In this document: one piece after another, positions 30,364-44,767 of the stretch
Layout of the letters: each line of letters begins with the position of its first letter
How positions within the stretch are numbered: the first letter of the stretch is position 1
From: Eledone cirrhosa
Lineage: Eukaryota
NCBI GenBank assembly: GCA_964016885.1
Contig: OZ024749.1
Span: forward strand, 7,936,001 to 8,000,000
Length of the DNA: 64,000 nt
Direction: 5' to 3'
Translations under genes and position numbers: made by a program
The notes under the pieces: model-generated
What the model was told of the DNA's origin: nothing
The model's input: only the letters and a program-made list of their open reading frames with translations
Database searches by the model: none

Positions 30364-31339
30364 ACAGAGTCCAGCATTCACTCCACTTGTGTGTACAATC
30401 TAAATCTAAATTTGACCGACTTATTTTTGGGTGTCGGTGTTTGCACGTCTATAATAATATACTCATACACTTGACAGCGTGTTGAATAAAAAGTGAGTAA
30501 TATATATTGCACCACAATGCATAAGAAACTGTGCTTGTCACTCACAATCGAGTATGACTTGGTTGCATGCACCATGCTTTTGCTACTATTGTGAAGTCAT
30601 GGTGTAGTTGTGAGCAAACACAGGTGTCCTTTCGGTCCTCTTATCCTTCACCAAATGGAACATCCATGATGTAACAGCTAGGGAAACAGAGAGAAATCTA
30701 TACGTACACTAGGTTGTATATTATATTTGTTATCGATCACAAATACATAGAAAATAAAATAGAGACGGGCAGGATGTGAACTCATGGTAGAGAGCTCTGG
30801 AACACATATTGTAACGTATTATATCCGGCGATATAATGTTACTATAGTAATTTATTGAACAACATACTTATACTGCGCCAAACCCAAACCTCCGCTAGCA
30901 AAATTGTGTTTATCTGAAATGCATTAAATCTAAAATAGGATGATACCTTATATGTCTTCTGTCTCTTTCTCTATTATCAAATTGTTATATTACTTTTCGG
31001 CTTCTGTAATTATCATTTATCGTCCATTTATTTATTATTTCATAGCCATTCTCCCGTCCTTATTTAAACTTATGCAATAGCGCTACTGTATCATATTCAA
31101 CAAAACAAATAAATGCAGGCATAAAATATGATATGCTGTATTTAATAATCTATTTATCATTATCAGACTGTGATAATATATCAAATGACGTAAATATACT
31201 GTCTGTTATTGATTTGTCATCATATCTACCACTTTCTAGCTGGCTATTAATTTTGAAATTATCTTCCTCCAGTTTGGAAATGTCTCAATAATCAACATAA
31301 TGTCCCCGTGTTGGCCTGGGGGACGAGAGAATGTCAGCG

Positions 31340-33222
31340 AACTCTCATTGACACCACACTGTCACCCCATTGTCATGGCCAATACACTGTCACCATACTG
31401 TCATTGACACCATACTGTCATCCCACTCTCATTGACACCACACTGTCGCCCAATTGTCATGGACAATAGACTGCCATGGACAATACACTGTCAGACTCTC
31501 TCCTTTGATAATACACTGTCACACACAGTCTCCATTGACAATACACTGTCACACACTCTCTCCATTGAAAATACACTGTCACACACTGTCTCCATTGACA
31601 ATACACTGTCACACACTCTCACCATTGAAAATACACTGTCACATACTGTCTCCATTGACAATACACTGTCACACACTGTCTCCATTGACAATACACTGTC
31701 ACACACTGTCTCCATTGACAATACACTGTCACACACTGTCTCCATTAACAATACATTGTCACACATTCTCTCCATTGACAATACACTGTCACACACTGTC
31801 TCCATTGACAATACACTGTCACACACTGTCTCCATTGACAATACACTGTCACACACTCTCTCCATTGACAATACACTGTCACACACTGTCTCCATTGACA
31901 ATAAACTGTCACACACTGTCTCCATTAACAATACACTGTCACACACTGTCTCCATTGACAATACACTGTCATACACTGTCTCCATTGACAATACACTGTC
32001 ACACACTGTTTCCATTGACAATACACTGTCACACACTGTCTCCATTGACAATAAACTGTCACACACTGTCTCCATTGACAATACACTGTCACACACTGTC
32101 TCCATTGACAATACACTGTCACACAGTGTCTCCATTGACAATACACTGTCACACACTCTCTCCATTGACAATACACTGTCACACACTGTCTCCATTGACA
32201 ATAAACTGTCACACACTGTCTCCATTAACAATACACTGTCACACACTGTCTCCATTGACCATACACTGTCATACACTGTCTCCATTGACAATACACTGTC
32301 ACACACTGTTTCCATTGACAATACACTGTCACATACTGTCTCCATTGACAATAAACTGCCACACACTGTCTCCATTGACAATAAACTGTCACATATTGTC
32401 TCCATTGACAATACACTGTCAAACACTGTCTCCATTGACAATACACTGTCACACACTGTCTCCATTGACACTACACTGTCACACACTGTCACACACTGTC
32501 TCCATTGACAATACACTGTCACACACTGTCTCCATTGACAATACACTGTCACACACTGTCTCCATTGACAATACACTGTCACACACTCTCTCCATTGACA
32601 ATACACTGTCACACACTGTCTCCATTGACAATAAACTGTCACACACTGTCTCTATTAACAATACACTGTCACACACTGTCTCCATTGACAATAAACTGTC
32701 ACACACTGTCTCCATTGACAATACACTGTCACACACTGTCTCCATTGACAATACACTGTCATACACTGTCTCCATTGACAATACACTGTCACACACTGTT
32801 TCCATTGACAATACACTGTCACATACTGTCTCCATTGACAATAAATTGTCACACACTGTCTCCATTGACAATAAACTGTCACACACTGTCTCCATTGACA
32901 ATACACTGTCACACACTGTCTCCATTGACAATACACTGTCACACACTGTCTCCATTGACAATACACTGTCACACACTGTCACATACTGTTTCCATTGACA
33001 ATAAACTGTCACACACTGTCTCCATTGACAATACACTGTCACACACTCTCTCCATTGACAATAAACTGTCACACACTGTCTGCATTGACAATGCACTGCC
33101 ATACACTGTCTGCATTGACAATACACTGTCACACACTGTTTCCATTGACAATACACTGTCACGCACTGTTTCCATTGACAATACACTGTCACACACAGTC
33201 TCCATTGACAATACACTGTCAA
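31340..33222. repeat. 30-bp minisatellite built from three 10-bp subunits
   Basis: (ACACACTGTC TCCATTGACA ATACACTGTC)n, ~57 copies, degenerate left edge. Confidence 0.95.
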
Positions 33223-33639
33223 CAATTATCTGTACTGTCTCACCACTGCCTCAAAACATCTCGGCAGTGTCTTGACGTTTCAATACTTCCATTTTAACAC
33301 AATCTCACTACGCTGACTTCACAATTAGGGAACACCTTTCTCTTATAACTGACATCTGGAAAGTTCCTCTCAAGTCAAGGTGTTTTGTGGAAGACACCAT
33401 GATCAACCGTTTCTCGAGGCCTCTCTCTCCATACCAGCAATCTTCTACACACGAAAGGTAATGATTGATACAACTTTCACCTGTAGACTCGTGAGGGGAC
33501 TTCAAACTCATGCCTCTATTTCGTCTCCTTACACTCTGTGCCTCAAACACGAACACATGTCCTGTTACCTAGATTCACACACTTCTGTATGGCCGTTATT
33601 GTCTCTATAATATATCAAGCACACTAAGCCTCGCAAATT

Positions 33640-34265
33640 ATAGGGCGGTGGATGAGCAGTATCTGTGAAGCATCAGACATCATGCGTTATGGCCTAGAGT
33701 TACCGCCCTTTACAATCTGAGTACAAATCCTTCTGAGATTAGTTTTGCCTTTCATCCTTACCGATTCGGTAAAATAAGGCCCCAGTAATGCACTGAGACC
33801 GATTTAATCGACCTTCCCCTTCCCCCAAATTTGTTGGTCTACTGCCCAAATCAGAAACCAATATTCATATACTTGTGAGAACGCTTTAAAATAATTGGCA
33901 CAAGGGCAGCAGTTACCCCAGTGCATTATGGTACTTTATTTTATCAACCCTTGACAGGATGAAAGGCAAAACTAACCACGGCGGGATTTAAACTCAGAAC
34001 GTAAAGGGCCATAACTCTATGCCACAAAGTATGATGTCTGACGTTCTACCGATACTGACAGTCCACTTTAAAATAGTTGTTTCTACTTTTGGCACAAGGC
34101 CAGTAATTACCCCAGTGCATTACTGGTACTTTATTTTATCGACCGCGTAGGGATGAAAGGCAAAGTTAACCTTGGCGGGATTTGAACTCAGAACGTAAAG
34201 GGACGTAACTATCCTGTAAAGTATGGCGTCCGATCCTCTACCGATTCTGCCAATTCACTGCCCTA
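33640..34265. mobile_element. Cluster of three tRNA-head SINE copies (one +, two -)
   Basis: Core TTTGCCTTTCATCCT..CG.TAAAATAA.G..CCAGTAATGCACTG; B-box-like GAGTTCAAATCCC on minus. Confidence 0.75.
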
Positions 34266-35636
34266 TCCAAATTTGGTTTGCAGAGCTACCTTCCACTCTG
34301 TGAGTGCTATAACTACCCTCATACTTCAAACGAATAAACGTTGTATGTTTTTGATGTACCTATTTCAGTATTCTACGTCAATATATAGACGTGTGGTGAC
34401 ATTTCACGGTTCACCTCACAACGTTTGGTTAATTCACATATCTATATATATAATATCTATTGTTCTATCTCCACCCACTTCTTATCTATTTCTATCTCAA
34501 CCACACTTCTATATTCGTAGCTTTCCTTCAAGATAGAAAATTGTTTTCGTTTTGTTCGTGTTTTCTATCTATTTGTATGAGTGTCCTGTTATTGTTTACT
34601 TGATATGTTCTTAGCCTGACAGTGAAAAAAAAATAATACTGTTATAATAATTTTCTATTCGTAGAAGACCACTATCTTCCTGTCTTCGTGTGAAACATAC
34701 TGGTTTTGTGTCCGTTTCTAGACGTTTTATACTGAATACAGTTGAATATTTTCTTTGCGTTTCCTATCTAGTCATTTTAATTTATTGAACTTCCATTTTC
34801 TCGTGGATTTTATGATTAAAACTTATTTGTTCTGGGTCTCTGAGTGCTGCGTTCAAATCCTGCAACTTCTCATCGGAAAAAAGTGATGATAATTTTGCTA
34901 GGAGTACTAGAAGATACTATCAGAAATAGAAAGACTACAAGAACAGTTTCCGTGTACCGTGTTCCGCACAAATTATCGACTTTTTTTCATAATTTATTAT
35001 TGAACTGTTATAGCTATTATGTGTAATGAAAGTTTTATTCTACTGGTTCTGTAACCTTTCATCCTAATGTCTTATTCATGTGTAGAATGTCTCTAATTCC
35101 TTATCTGACAGTTTTTCTCAGTTCGTGTTTAGAGTGCTTGTCGTATTACATTTTTTCTTCTAATTTTAGGCGACGAGTTGACAGAGTCGTTAGAGCGTCG
35201 GACAGAACTGTTTGTATTATTGGTTCCGTCACTCCATACCCTGAGTTTACAGCTACCCTCCCAATTGTAAGATGATAAGTTATATTTCTGGACCGGGTGG
35301 TGTGTTGTGTCGACGAGCAAGAAATTTACTTCAGTCCACTCAGCTGTAAGACTTGAATTGTACTTGTAAGTTAGGGTCCAGTCGTGTCGCACATTATATC
35401 ATGCTTAATCTCCCTGACCACTAAGTTCAAGATGCACATGTTCCGCTGCCCGAATCAACGGGAACACTTGTCGTAAGAAACAAAGGTTATCCAACAACAA
35501 TAGACATATACTATACAATGTATTATTTGTTTTAAAGGGCGGTGGATTGGCTACTGTATATATATATACATGTATATACACATATATGTACATACACATA
35601 TATATATATATAAACACACACACATATATAATTTTT

Positions 35637-35770
35637 CATTTCTTGTCCAATTCTTTAAAGTTTTATCTTAGTTTCTTGTCCAATTCTTTTAAAGTTTTAT
35701 CTTAGTTTCTTGTCCTATTCTTTTAAAGTTTTATTTTAGTTTCTTGTCCTGTATTTTTAAAGGTTTATAT
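35637..35770. repeat. ~33-bp tandem repeat x4 at the 3' end of the CRE-like element
   Basis: TTTCTTGTCCAATTCTTTTAAAGTTTTATCTTAG. Confidence 0.8.
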
Positions 35771-35899
35771 TCCAACAATATTACTTTTTTTTGCTGTACG
35801 CATTTTTTCTATCTGGTTCATATATATGAATGAACAAAGAAGTCCGGATTCCAATATATTACTTTAATGTTGCATAAATACTCAAATGGCTTCCGCCAT

Positions 35900-37170
35900 T
35901 AGATCATGACGCAAGACATTCGGCGACGTCCTCAGGAGTAATAAACATAAAATATTTAAAATAGTATTAGGACAATGGGATTGATGAGTTAATATCTGTA
36001 TACAACAACTACAATGGTACGCGATGGAGCCCACCCACAGCCCGGGCGGACAGAATGGAGAAGGCGTTTCTCCGGAGGACGGCAAAGGAACGCGTAGGAA
36101 AATTCACTTCATCTCGCAGGCCTCACACCTGCGGCTGGCCAGCTCAGCGCCTATGGTGGTGAGTAAGGAGGTAGCCCTGGGGCCGAGGACACCAGAAGTC
36201 TCCACTGCCAGGGGAACGACCGCAAACCTGTCGGAGAGCGACCGCTATTTGAGGAGTTTGGCCACCTCAGCTCGACGCACAGCAGAACCTGGTTGCGGCT
36301 GCAGAAAGTGTCAGTGCAAGTGACATCCCAGACGAGGGCTCACTGCGGAACGGGAAGATGGTCATGCCATTTGGCCTTTTGCCGTCCCCCCGATCCAGCC
36401 CCACCGGCTGGAGCTGGGAAGGGAAGCCTGCAGCGTCCAAGCCATGCTTAATGACCTCGATGAGGGCAGCATGGCGTGAAATGCGGCCGGCACTGTGGCG
36501 ACAGGAAAGTGGGTGGAGGCCGAAAGAGTCCACGGTGGAACCGCAGCGACATTGGTGTGGCTGGCAGATCCGGAGGCCGGCCTCGGGGAAACGCCGATTC
36601 GCAGGCTATGGTTGTCTAGCTGCGTGCCAGTGGAGACGGAGGGCAGGGCATGGAGCCAGGCACCACTGTGGGGTTTGGGGCCGCACGAAAACAAGCAAGG
36701 CGGTGCTGATCGAGCTGGCCCGTGAGACTGTCTGAAGCCAGGCTGCACTGGATGTCATCCCAAGTGCGTTGGGGGCACTTGACGTCAATAGGGGGAGAAG
36801 GAGGAGGGACGTCTACTGGGCTAAGTCCGAGCCGGTCCCACGTCTCACAGGCGGCCTCACGTTCTCTGAACACAGAGGGTTCTGTTGTGTTTTGAAGAAC
36901 CCTGCTGACGAGGAAGCGGCACGAGTTTACCGACGAAAGATACGCCGGCAAAGCTAGTGAGATCGAGGACCGGAGGGCAAGGCCTCCATAGCTGACAGGT
37001 AAAGTGGCCTGTTGCCACCCTATGTTGTCAAACTTGACGTTGCATATGCCCTCGGCTGCTGCTCAGATACAAGTATAGAGGTCAGCGAGGAGAGATGTCT
37101 GGGTGTAGCACGGAGGGTATAGAGGACCTTCGGCATGGCGAAGCAGTTCCTCAGCAGAAAGAGAGCTAGG
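35900..37170 (-). mobile_element. CRE-clade non-LTR retrotransposon 3' fragment (frameshifted)
   Basis: GC-rich; [41 protein letters not shown] resemble the CRE zinc-finger/RLE region. Confidence 0.75.
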
Positions 37171-37449
37171 TATATATATTTAAAATAGTTAGTAATCAAC
37201 TTCCAAATGGTGGCGTAATGTTTGATGTGTAGAGGTTAGATCCTCATAATCTTATATATATATATATATATATATGTATCTAAGTCCAAAATTAAGATAA
37301 ATGAATTAAATGAATTTAATCTAAATCGAAATTATGGGTGTCATGACATAAGGTAAATATTACCTATACTAGCTATGCGCGGTTACACGCAAGCAAAAAG
37401 TATCTCCTGTGATTATTCATGTATATTTATATGTTAATCAATCTCTAGT

Positions 37450-37597
<148 letters not shown>

Positions 37598-37787
37598 TAG
37601 ATTGAGTTAGAAACTCAAAATAGTCTTTTACAATTAAATAGCTCAAGGAAGGGAATCTTTCCGAGCCGTCTAATACAATTGAATATAGGAGAGGGATGAA
37701 CCCCGATACATTGCATTGGTTCTTAATCTATGGAACAACTTTTTCAAACGGAATACGCTTCCGACAACCCCTTCATAAAAACTAACC

Positions 37788-38260
37788 ACGGAACTTGAGG
37801 CAATCCAAGGAAGCTACACCAAGAGGATTGCGACTATGAAGGAGACAAGCTACTGGGAGAGGCTAAAAGAACAGAACTTCTACTCCTTGGAACTAAGACG
37901 GGAGAGATACGCATGTGGAAAATCCTGGAGGGACTAGCACCAAACTTTGGCATTGGGAGCTGGAACAATCCACGAACAGGACGTCACTGCGTGGTGCCAA
38001 AGGTCCCGTCTTCCACATCTAGAATAAGTAGCAGATACTACAATAGCCTGGAGTTCAAAGACCTTCATCTCTTCAAAAACCTGCCAAGGGATTTGAGACA
38101 TGGTGTGGACGTGGATGTTTTCAAGAAACATCTCGACACCCTGCTATGCAGGATCCCGGATGAGCCCACAGCACGGTACGAAGGTAACCTGAGGGCAGCA
38201 GCAATGAACTCCCTCTTGCACCAATGGCCAGTCAACACAGTCTGGAGATAGAACGTGTAG
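37788..38260 (+). mobile_element. CR1-like LINE ORF2 C-terminal remnant
   Basis: ELEAIQ..YTKRI..SYWERLK...YSLE.RRERY, WKILEGLAPN, FKKHLD.LL..IPDEP. Confidence 0.7.
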
Positions 38261-38499
38261 CAACAAGGGTGGTGCCCTTGTATGGCGTCTGCCGGATGGC
38301 TGTAACAGGTAAAAGAGTAAAAGAGTATATATATATAAATAAATATATATATATATACACAAGTACAGTAACAACATATAAAAAACACACTAGTGAACAA
38401 AGATAGAATACAAAAACAAAAGCACACACACCAAATATTAAACACAAAGGCAAACGGATGCGCAGAGACATGGACAAGAAGAAATAAATTAATTAATCA

Positions 38500-39810
38500 A
38501 ATAAAACTAAAAATAGCGTAGACTTTACAATACAATGGAAAGAAACATAATAGTACCACTGATGATGTTGCAGATGTGTGACGAAAGAACTTTCATAGAC
38601 TATATATATATATATATTTATATCTGTATTTTAACCGTTGGTCAATCAATGATAAACGTTGATTGCGAAATAAATTAACCATGGAGATATAAAAGACACG
38701 GAAGCGAAAACCAACCCAAACCAAACAGTGAGTGTGTTCTGTTATTATTTCTGGCAATATTATTACAACAATATTACCCTCCCCAAGTAGAACAATATTT
38801 GTTTCGACACACGATTTCATATCAAAAACCTTTCAAAACAAATATATTTATATATATATACCGCTTTGAGGGACATACGACTCGGTTTGGATACTCCTGT
38901 CGCCTGCCATTTCTGTTCTCCTGGTCATTCTTCCCTACATGTCTCAGTCCTGGGCGTCCTTTTACATCATGGATCACAGGCCTCGTGGACCAAGACTGAA
39001 CAGAGTCTGATTCGCTGCCTTGGGTCCTATTTCCCGAATGGACTCAACTCACCTCCCCAATTTCTTTAATACCCCGTCCATTATCACACGCGCTTGTACA
39101 TTCACCCCTAGATTCCCATGGCTCTCTTATTGTCTAAAACATATTTTCTTACGACTAATACGGACCGACAAAATATGCACACTCCACTGTTCCCTTCACA
39201 GCTCTGTATACTCACATACACACCCTTATATTAACATACTTTTGCTCATAGCTTCGTACTTACAAGTACACACACACTATTTTACTTACATATACACACA
39301 CATTTCTTCTTAGCTTCGTACGGACGTATAATAACATACGCACAAATACACAGACACACACATGTATACGCACGCTGTTTTTACAAAACGGTACTATTAT
39401 GTTTCCTCCCGCTGTATTGTAATGCCTACGCCATTTTTATTACTCTCAAACACGAACACACACACCAAAGATTAAACACACACGCAAACGCATGCGCAAG
39501 CAAAGACAAGAATAAATAAAATAAAAGTGGCGTAGGCATTACAATACAACGGGGAGAAATATAATAGTACAACTGATGATGTCACAGATGTGTGGTGAAA
39601 GAAGTTTGATAGACTATATATATATATATTTATACCTGGATTTTTAACCCTTGGTCAATCAATGATAAACATTGATTGCCAGATAAATTAACTGTGGAGG
39701 TATAAAAGATACAGAAGCGAAAACCAACCCAAACCAAACAGTGAGTGTGTTCTGTTATTATTTCTGGCAATATTATAACAATATGACCCTCCCCAAGTAT
39801 AACAACATAT
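38500..39810 (+). mobile_element. Truncated PLE: pLTR - GIY-YIG C-terminus - pLTR
   Basis: Family C direct repeats at ~38500-38840 and ~39510-39810, each with a CTGATGA..GAAA motif (38559, 39573); between them PVACHFCSPGHS..E..LI..LGSYFPNGLN (38866-39069). Confidence 0.8.
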
Positions 39811-40467
39811 ATATATCTATATTATATCTGGGAGGGCTAAGTGTGGGAGTTTGTGTTTGTGTAAGTAAGAGAGAAAGAGAAAGAGTTGTGAGTGTGTATG
39901 CACATACGCTTGTGTGTGTGCACAGCGACTTGTGTGTGTATCTGACAGAGAGAGAGAGAGAGAGTGGGGGAGAGACACAGAATATTAAACAATCTTTTGA
40001 TAATTTCAAAGTATGAAAATATAAATTCTTATTAAACAATTATCCTTAACACTTTGTGTAGTTCACAATTAATTTATCACCTTTTTTAGCTCCGAATAAT
40101 GTCATGTCACTGCAGAGGCCATATTTATTTGGTATGTCATGTATTTGATTCTGAAGTTCAGTCGAAGAGAGGTTATTTTAAATTTCCAAATCTCTCATCT
40201 TTCAAATAACTTATATGGCTTTCAGATACTCTGTAATGTCACAACATTAGCAAGTCTTATATGGTATTCAAAGGATGATTGCAAATTCTGATATAACTGA
40301 AAATTCTAATGTGCCCTTTACTATATTAAGTTTTAGCAAAAAGTAAACTCCTGCGAAATGTTCTACATATTTTGAGATGGTGAGAAATACATGGCCTTCA
40401 CGGAAACAATATGGACCTTGAATTGACGGTCGGACTTTCTGAGTAACTATTGCCATGGAAATAAAAA

Positions 40468-40518
<51 letters not shown>

Positions 40519-40582
40519 ATAAGAACAGATTAAAGTTTAAGCAAAGAATCGCCACTTTCACCCTTAATGGAATCTTCTAATG

Positions 40583-40647
<65 letters not shown>

Positions 40648-41014
40648 ATATAGGAATATGTTTAACCCCGAGCTCAAGCCGTTTTGACGAGTCCAGAAAT
40701 AGCCGTCGAAACGGTTTGAGCTCTGCCGTCGGGGTTAAACATTTTCCTATTACCCACCCTAAGTAATGAGTACTCTGGTGTGTTATGATCCACCTGGTAT
40801 CTTACCAAACCCTCTCTGTTATATATATATGTGTGTGTGCGCGTGTGTGTGTATGTGTGTGCATCCCGGCTTCAATCTGGGGTAACCACACTAAGTAAGG
40901 TACTCAATACATAGCAGAGTATTAATATTTAATATAGAAATGGCTTCTACAGGACTAGAACTGTTTCATTCGATTTAAACAGTTCTAGTCCTGTAGAAGC
41001 CATTTCTATATTAA

Positions 41015-41045
<31 letters not shown>

Positions 41046-41281
41046 CGTGTGTGTGTGTGTGTGAGTTTGTGTGTATAAGTGTGTATGAGTGTCTGTGAGT
41101 GTGTGTGTATGAGTGTGTGAGTGTATGTGGGTGTGTGTATGGGTGTGTGTGAGTGTGTGAGTGTGTGTGTGTGTGAGTGTGTGTGAGTGTGTATGTGTGC
41201 GCGTGTATGTGAGCGTGTGTGAGTGTGTGTGTATGTGTGAGTGTGGGAGTGAGTGTTCGTGTGTGTGTGTGTGTGAGTGTT

Positions 41282-41317
<36 letters not shown>

Positions 41318-41424
41318 TGTTTGTGTGAGTGTGTGTGAGTGTGCGTGAGTGTGTGCGGGTGTGTATTGTGTCTCATTAAAAGAAGACAATAACAAAACAT
41401 TGTGTAATTGACCAATGTTATGTC

Positions 41425-42025
41425 TGCAGTAACGGTAGAGTGTTGGACGCCATGATTTCTAGCATAGTTACGTCCCTTTACAGTCTGAGTTCAAATCCCG
41501 CCGCGGTTAACTTTGCTTTCATCCTTACGGGGTCGATAAAATAAAGTACCAGTAATGCACTGGGTAATTGCTGGCCTTGTGCCTAAGGTAGAAACAATTA
41601 TGTCTGCAAGACAACTTAATGCAGTACAAATATATATCTCACTCCACCAACCAGACACGTCTTTCTATTTTTTACTGATAAGAACGGAAAACTGCGAAAT
41701 ACAATACAGAGAATGTTAATTGTTTCTACTTTTGGCACAAGGCCAGTAATTATCCCAGTGTATTACTGGTACTTTATTTTATCGACCCCGTAAGGATGAA
41801 AGGCAAAGTTAACCTCGTCGGCATTTGAACTCAGACCGTAAAGAGACATAACTATGCTGAAAAGCATGGCGTCCGACCCTCTACCGATACTGCCAATCCA
41901 CCGCCCTCAAATAGAGTTTCTACTTTTGGCACAAGGCCAGTGATTACCCCAGTGCACCACTGGTACTTTATTTTATCGACCTCGTAAGGATGAAAGGCAG
42001 AATTAACCTCGGCGGGATTTGAATA
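41425..42025. mobile_element. tRNA-head SINE cluster (41425-41600 +; 41720-41910 and 41910-42025 -)
   Basis: A-box-like TGGCAGTATCGGTAGAG, B-box GAGTTCAAATCCC, conserved core GCCTTTCATCCTTACGGGGTCGATAAAATAAAGTACCAG. Confidence 0.8.
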
Positions 42026-42110
42026 CAGAGAATGATAATGAACACACACCATATATTCATCATATATACATGGATATATATATATATACATATATATATA
42101 TGTATGTGTG

Positions 42111-42148
<38 letters not shown>

Positions 42149-42426
42149 CGCGCATGTGTATATATATATATATATGTATATATATGTGTGTGTGTGTATG
42201 TATATATATATGTGTGTGTATGTTCGATTATATATATATAATCGCACAGACACACACATATATATATACATACACACACACATATATATATATATGTGTG
42301 CGTGTGTATATATATATATAGTTATATATATGTATATATATATGTGTGTATATATATATATATATAAATGTATATAAATATTCATGTGTGTGTGTATATA
42401 TATATAAGTATATATATAAATATACA

Positions 42427-42477
<51 letters not shown>

Positions 42478-42492
42478 GTGTGTGTATCTATT

Positions 42493-42565
<73 letters not shown>

Positions 42566-43510
42566 GTGTGTGTATGTATATGTATGAATGTACATAACGC
42601 AACAAACTATCACTATTTCTATATCCCTAGTATCAGGGATAGATATAACATTTCTATATCTCCAGTATCGACCCTCTGCAGCTTTCCTTTTGTTGTTATT
42701 GTGTACATTTTATTATTGTTTATTTTGCCAACATTATATTATATTTTATTGTATATCATATTTTTTCCTTTTCCTTTAGAGTTTTGTCAAAAACGTGCTT
42801 TTCTAAAGTGAGAGAACATTTCAACCATGGCGGAAACTCGAGCGGGCTTTTGAACTTCCGTTGTTGCAGGCAATTGAAAAGCTCTGTGTGTTGATCTCAA
42901 AGAATTATACAGAATTACGAAACATCTCAATATATTTTGTATTCTTTCAAACGAATTGTTTTCATACAAATAAATATGATATTCTTTCTTCTCTTCATTC
43001 TCTCTATTATATTCTTTTCTCCTTCTTTTTTCCATATGTATTTCTTGGTTATCTTCGCTTTTTTATCTTCTGTGTTCTACATCTGTTCTCTTTTTAATCT
43101 ACTGCTTATATTTCTTTTCTCCTCCACCTGCTTTCCTCTTCCTGTCCTTGTCTCTCACCAGTCTCTTTCTTCACCATTATTATTCTTTTTTCATATATTT
43201 CTATTCACAATTCCCTATGTCTGCAACATTATCACCGAACATCGCTGAAATAACTCGAAATAAATTTTGCCAAAATTTCGAATATAATAATGGAAGATTA
43301 TTGGCAATAATACAAGGTCCATTCCCGGCTGCATTGTCTAAATCTCTTCGTACAATTTGTATCAACTGCTATTATAAGTTTTCTCCCCCTTGCTTCATTG
43401 TCTCGATTTGAACACCAACAGAGGGAGATTCACCCTTAAAATTACCAGGACAGTCGCATGTGCTCGAGGTGCTCTTATTTTTTATTCGCCATATTTAAAA
43501 TAAGAGAGTT

Positions 43511-43552
<42 letters not shown>

Positions 43553-43555
<3 letters not shown>

Positions 43556-43746
43556 AAAATGTATGACCCCTGGGGAAGAGCTCAAGCCGTTTCGACGGCT
43601 ATTTCTGAGTCCAGAAATAGCCGGCGAAACGGCTTGAGCTCTGGCGTCGGGGTCATACATTTCCCTATTACCCACTGTACTACCCTAAGTATTAAGTACT
43701 CTGGTGCGTTATAGTCCATCTGGTTCCTTACCACAACTCCTTCGTT
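43553..43746 (+). mobile_element. PLE-type fold-back module, family D
   Basis: Inverted arms GAGCTCAAGCCGTTTCG / CGAAACGGCTTGAGCTC plus shared tail; sister copies 40652-40820, 47118-47323, 52570-52768 (-). Confidence 0.65.
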
Positions 43747-43749
43747 ATA

Positions 43750-43818
<69 letters not shown>

Positions 43819-43969
43819 ATGTCTATGTATGTATGTGTATATATATTTGTGTGTATATATATATATGTGTGTGTTGGGGTGTCTGATGGTAGCTACAATG
43901 CTTCCATAGGCGGCATGCCGTTTGAGAACTCTATGCTCTTACAGAGCAGAGTATGATATAATATAATAT

Positions 43970-44236
43970 AGAACGAAAAATCAGTGATCTGAACTCAATT
44001 TATTGTGTTACAATTGTTTCGCCGGCGGACAGCTCGAGACGCGATCATAGTGTGGATCTGTCTGATTCTCGACCCGCAGGTTCTACGGACACGTTTAGTG
44101 ATTTCGGAGCATATTCTCTCACTGAGAGAATCAGACAGATCCTCACAATGATCGCGTCTCGAGCTGTCCGCCGCCGAAACAATTGTAACACTCAATAAAT
44201 TGAGTTCAGATGCATCACTGATTTTTTGTTTTAAAT

Positions 44237-44240
<4 letters not shown>
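43970..44240. repeat. Fold-back module with HHR 3' half
   Basis: ~95 bp arms; CGAAA-CAATT-GTA. Confidence 0.6.
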
Positions 44241-44315
<75 letters not shown>

Positions 44316-44626
44316 GGAGGTGAGTTTTATTGTAGTACAATAAAGCAATGCAGATATCGGATAAGAAGCACTCTACAGTTTGTAGGACTGGAGTATACAT
44401 AATATAAGATCAAAAGATGGTTAAAGGAGTTCCATGTATTTTATTATGCGCATTTCAAAAACAAACATCATCATGCAATAATATTTGTGTTTTCATCAGA
44501 TAAAAACAGGAGAACATGATATGAAGGCTAAAAAACACTTGTGGATATGAAGGCTAAAAAACACTTGTTGATTTAAAACTGCACTATCCACAAGTGTTTT
44601 TTAGCCTTCATATCATGTTCTCCTGT

Positions 44627-44693
44627 TTTTATCTGATGAAAACACAAATATTATTGCATGATGATGTTTGTTTTTGAAATGCGCATAATAAAA
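44627..44693 (+). ncRNA. Type I hammerhead ribozyme in fold-back module 44313-44733
   Basis: TTTTAT-CTGATGA-AAACACAAATA...TGTTTGTTTTT-GAAA-TGCGCA-TA-ATAAAA; palindromic stem III; mirror copy on minus ~44439-44505. Confidence 0.75.
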
Positions 44694-44725
44694 TACATGG
44701 AACTCCTTTTACCATCTTTTGATCT

Positions 44726-44764
<39 letters not shown>

Positions 44765-44767
<3 letters not shown>

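Noticed and set aside
31432-33297. Long repetitive ORFs (358-514 aa) or a CRISPR-like array
   Set aside because: Pure tandem 30-mer with no unique spacers; open frames follow from a stop-free unit
40268-40471. GPYCFR peptide reminiscent of a Helitron RepHel N-terminal motif
   Set aside because: Only a few matching residues; no other Helitron features seen
41425-41510. tRNA gene
   Set aside because: A/B-box-like sequence belongs to a SINE head; no cloverleaf
42780-42870. CCATGGCGG Kozak-like start, possible host first exon
   Set aside because: The frame closes within a few codons and there is no CpG island or supporting exon
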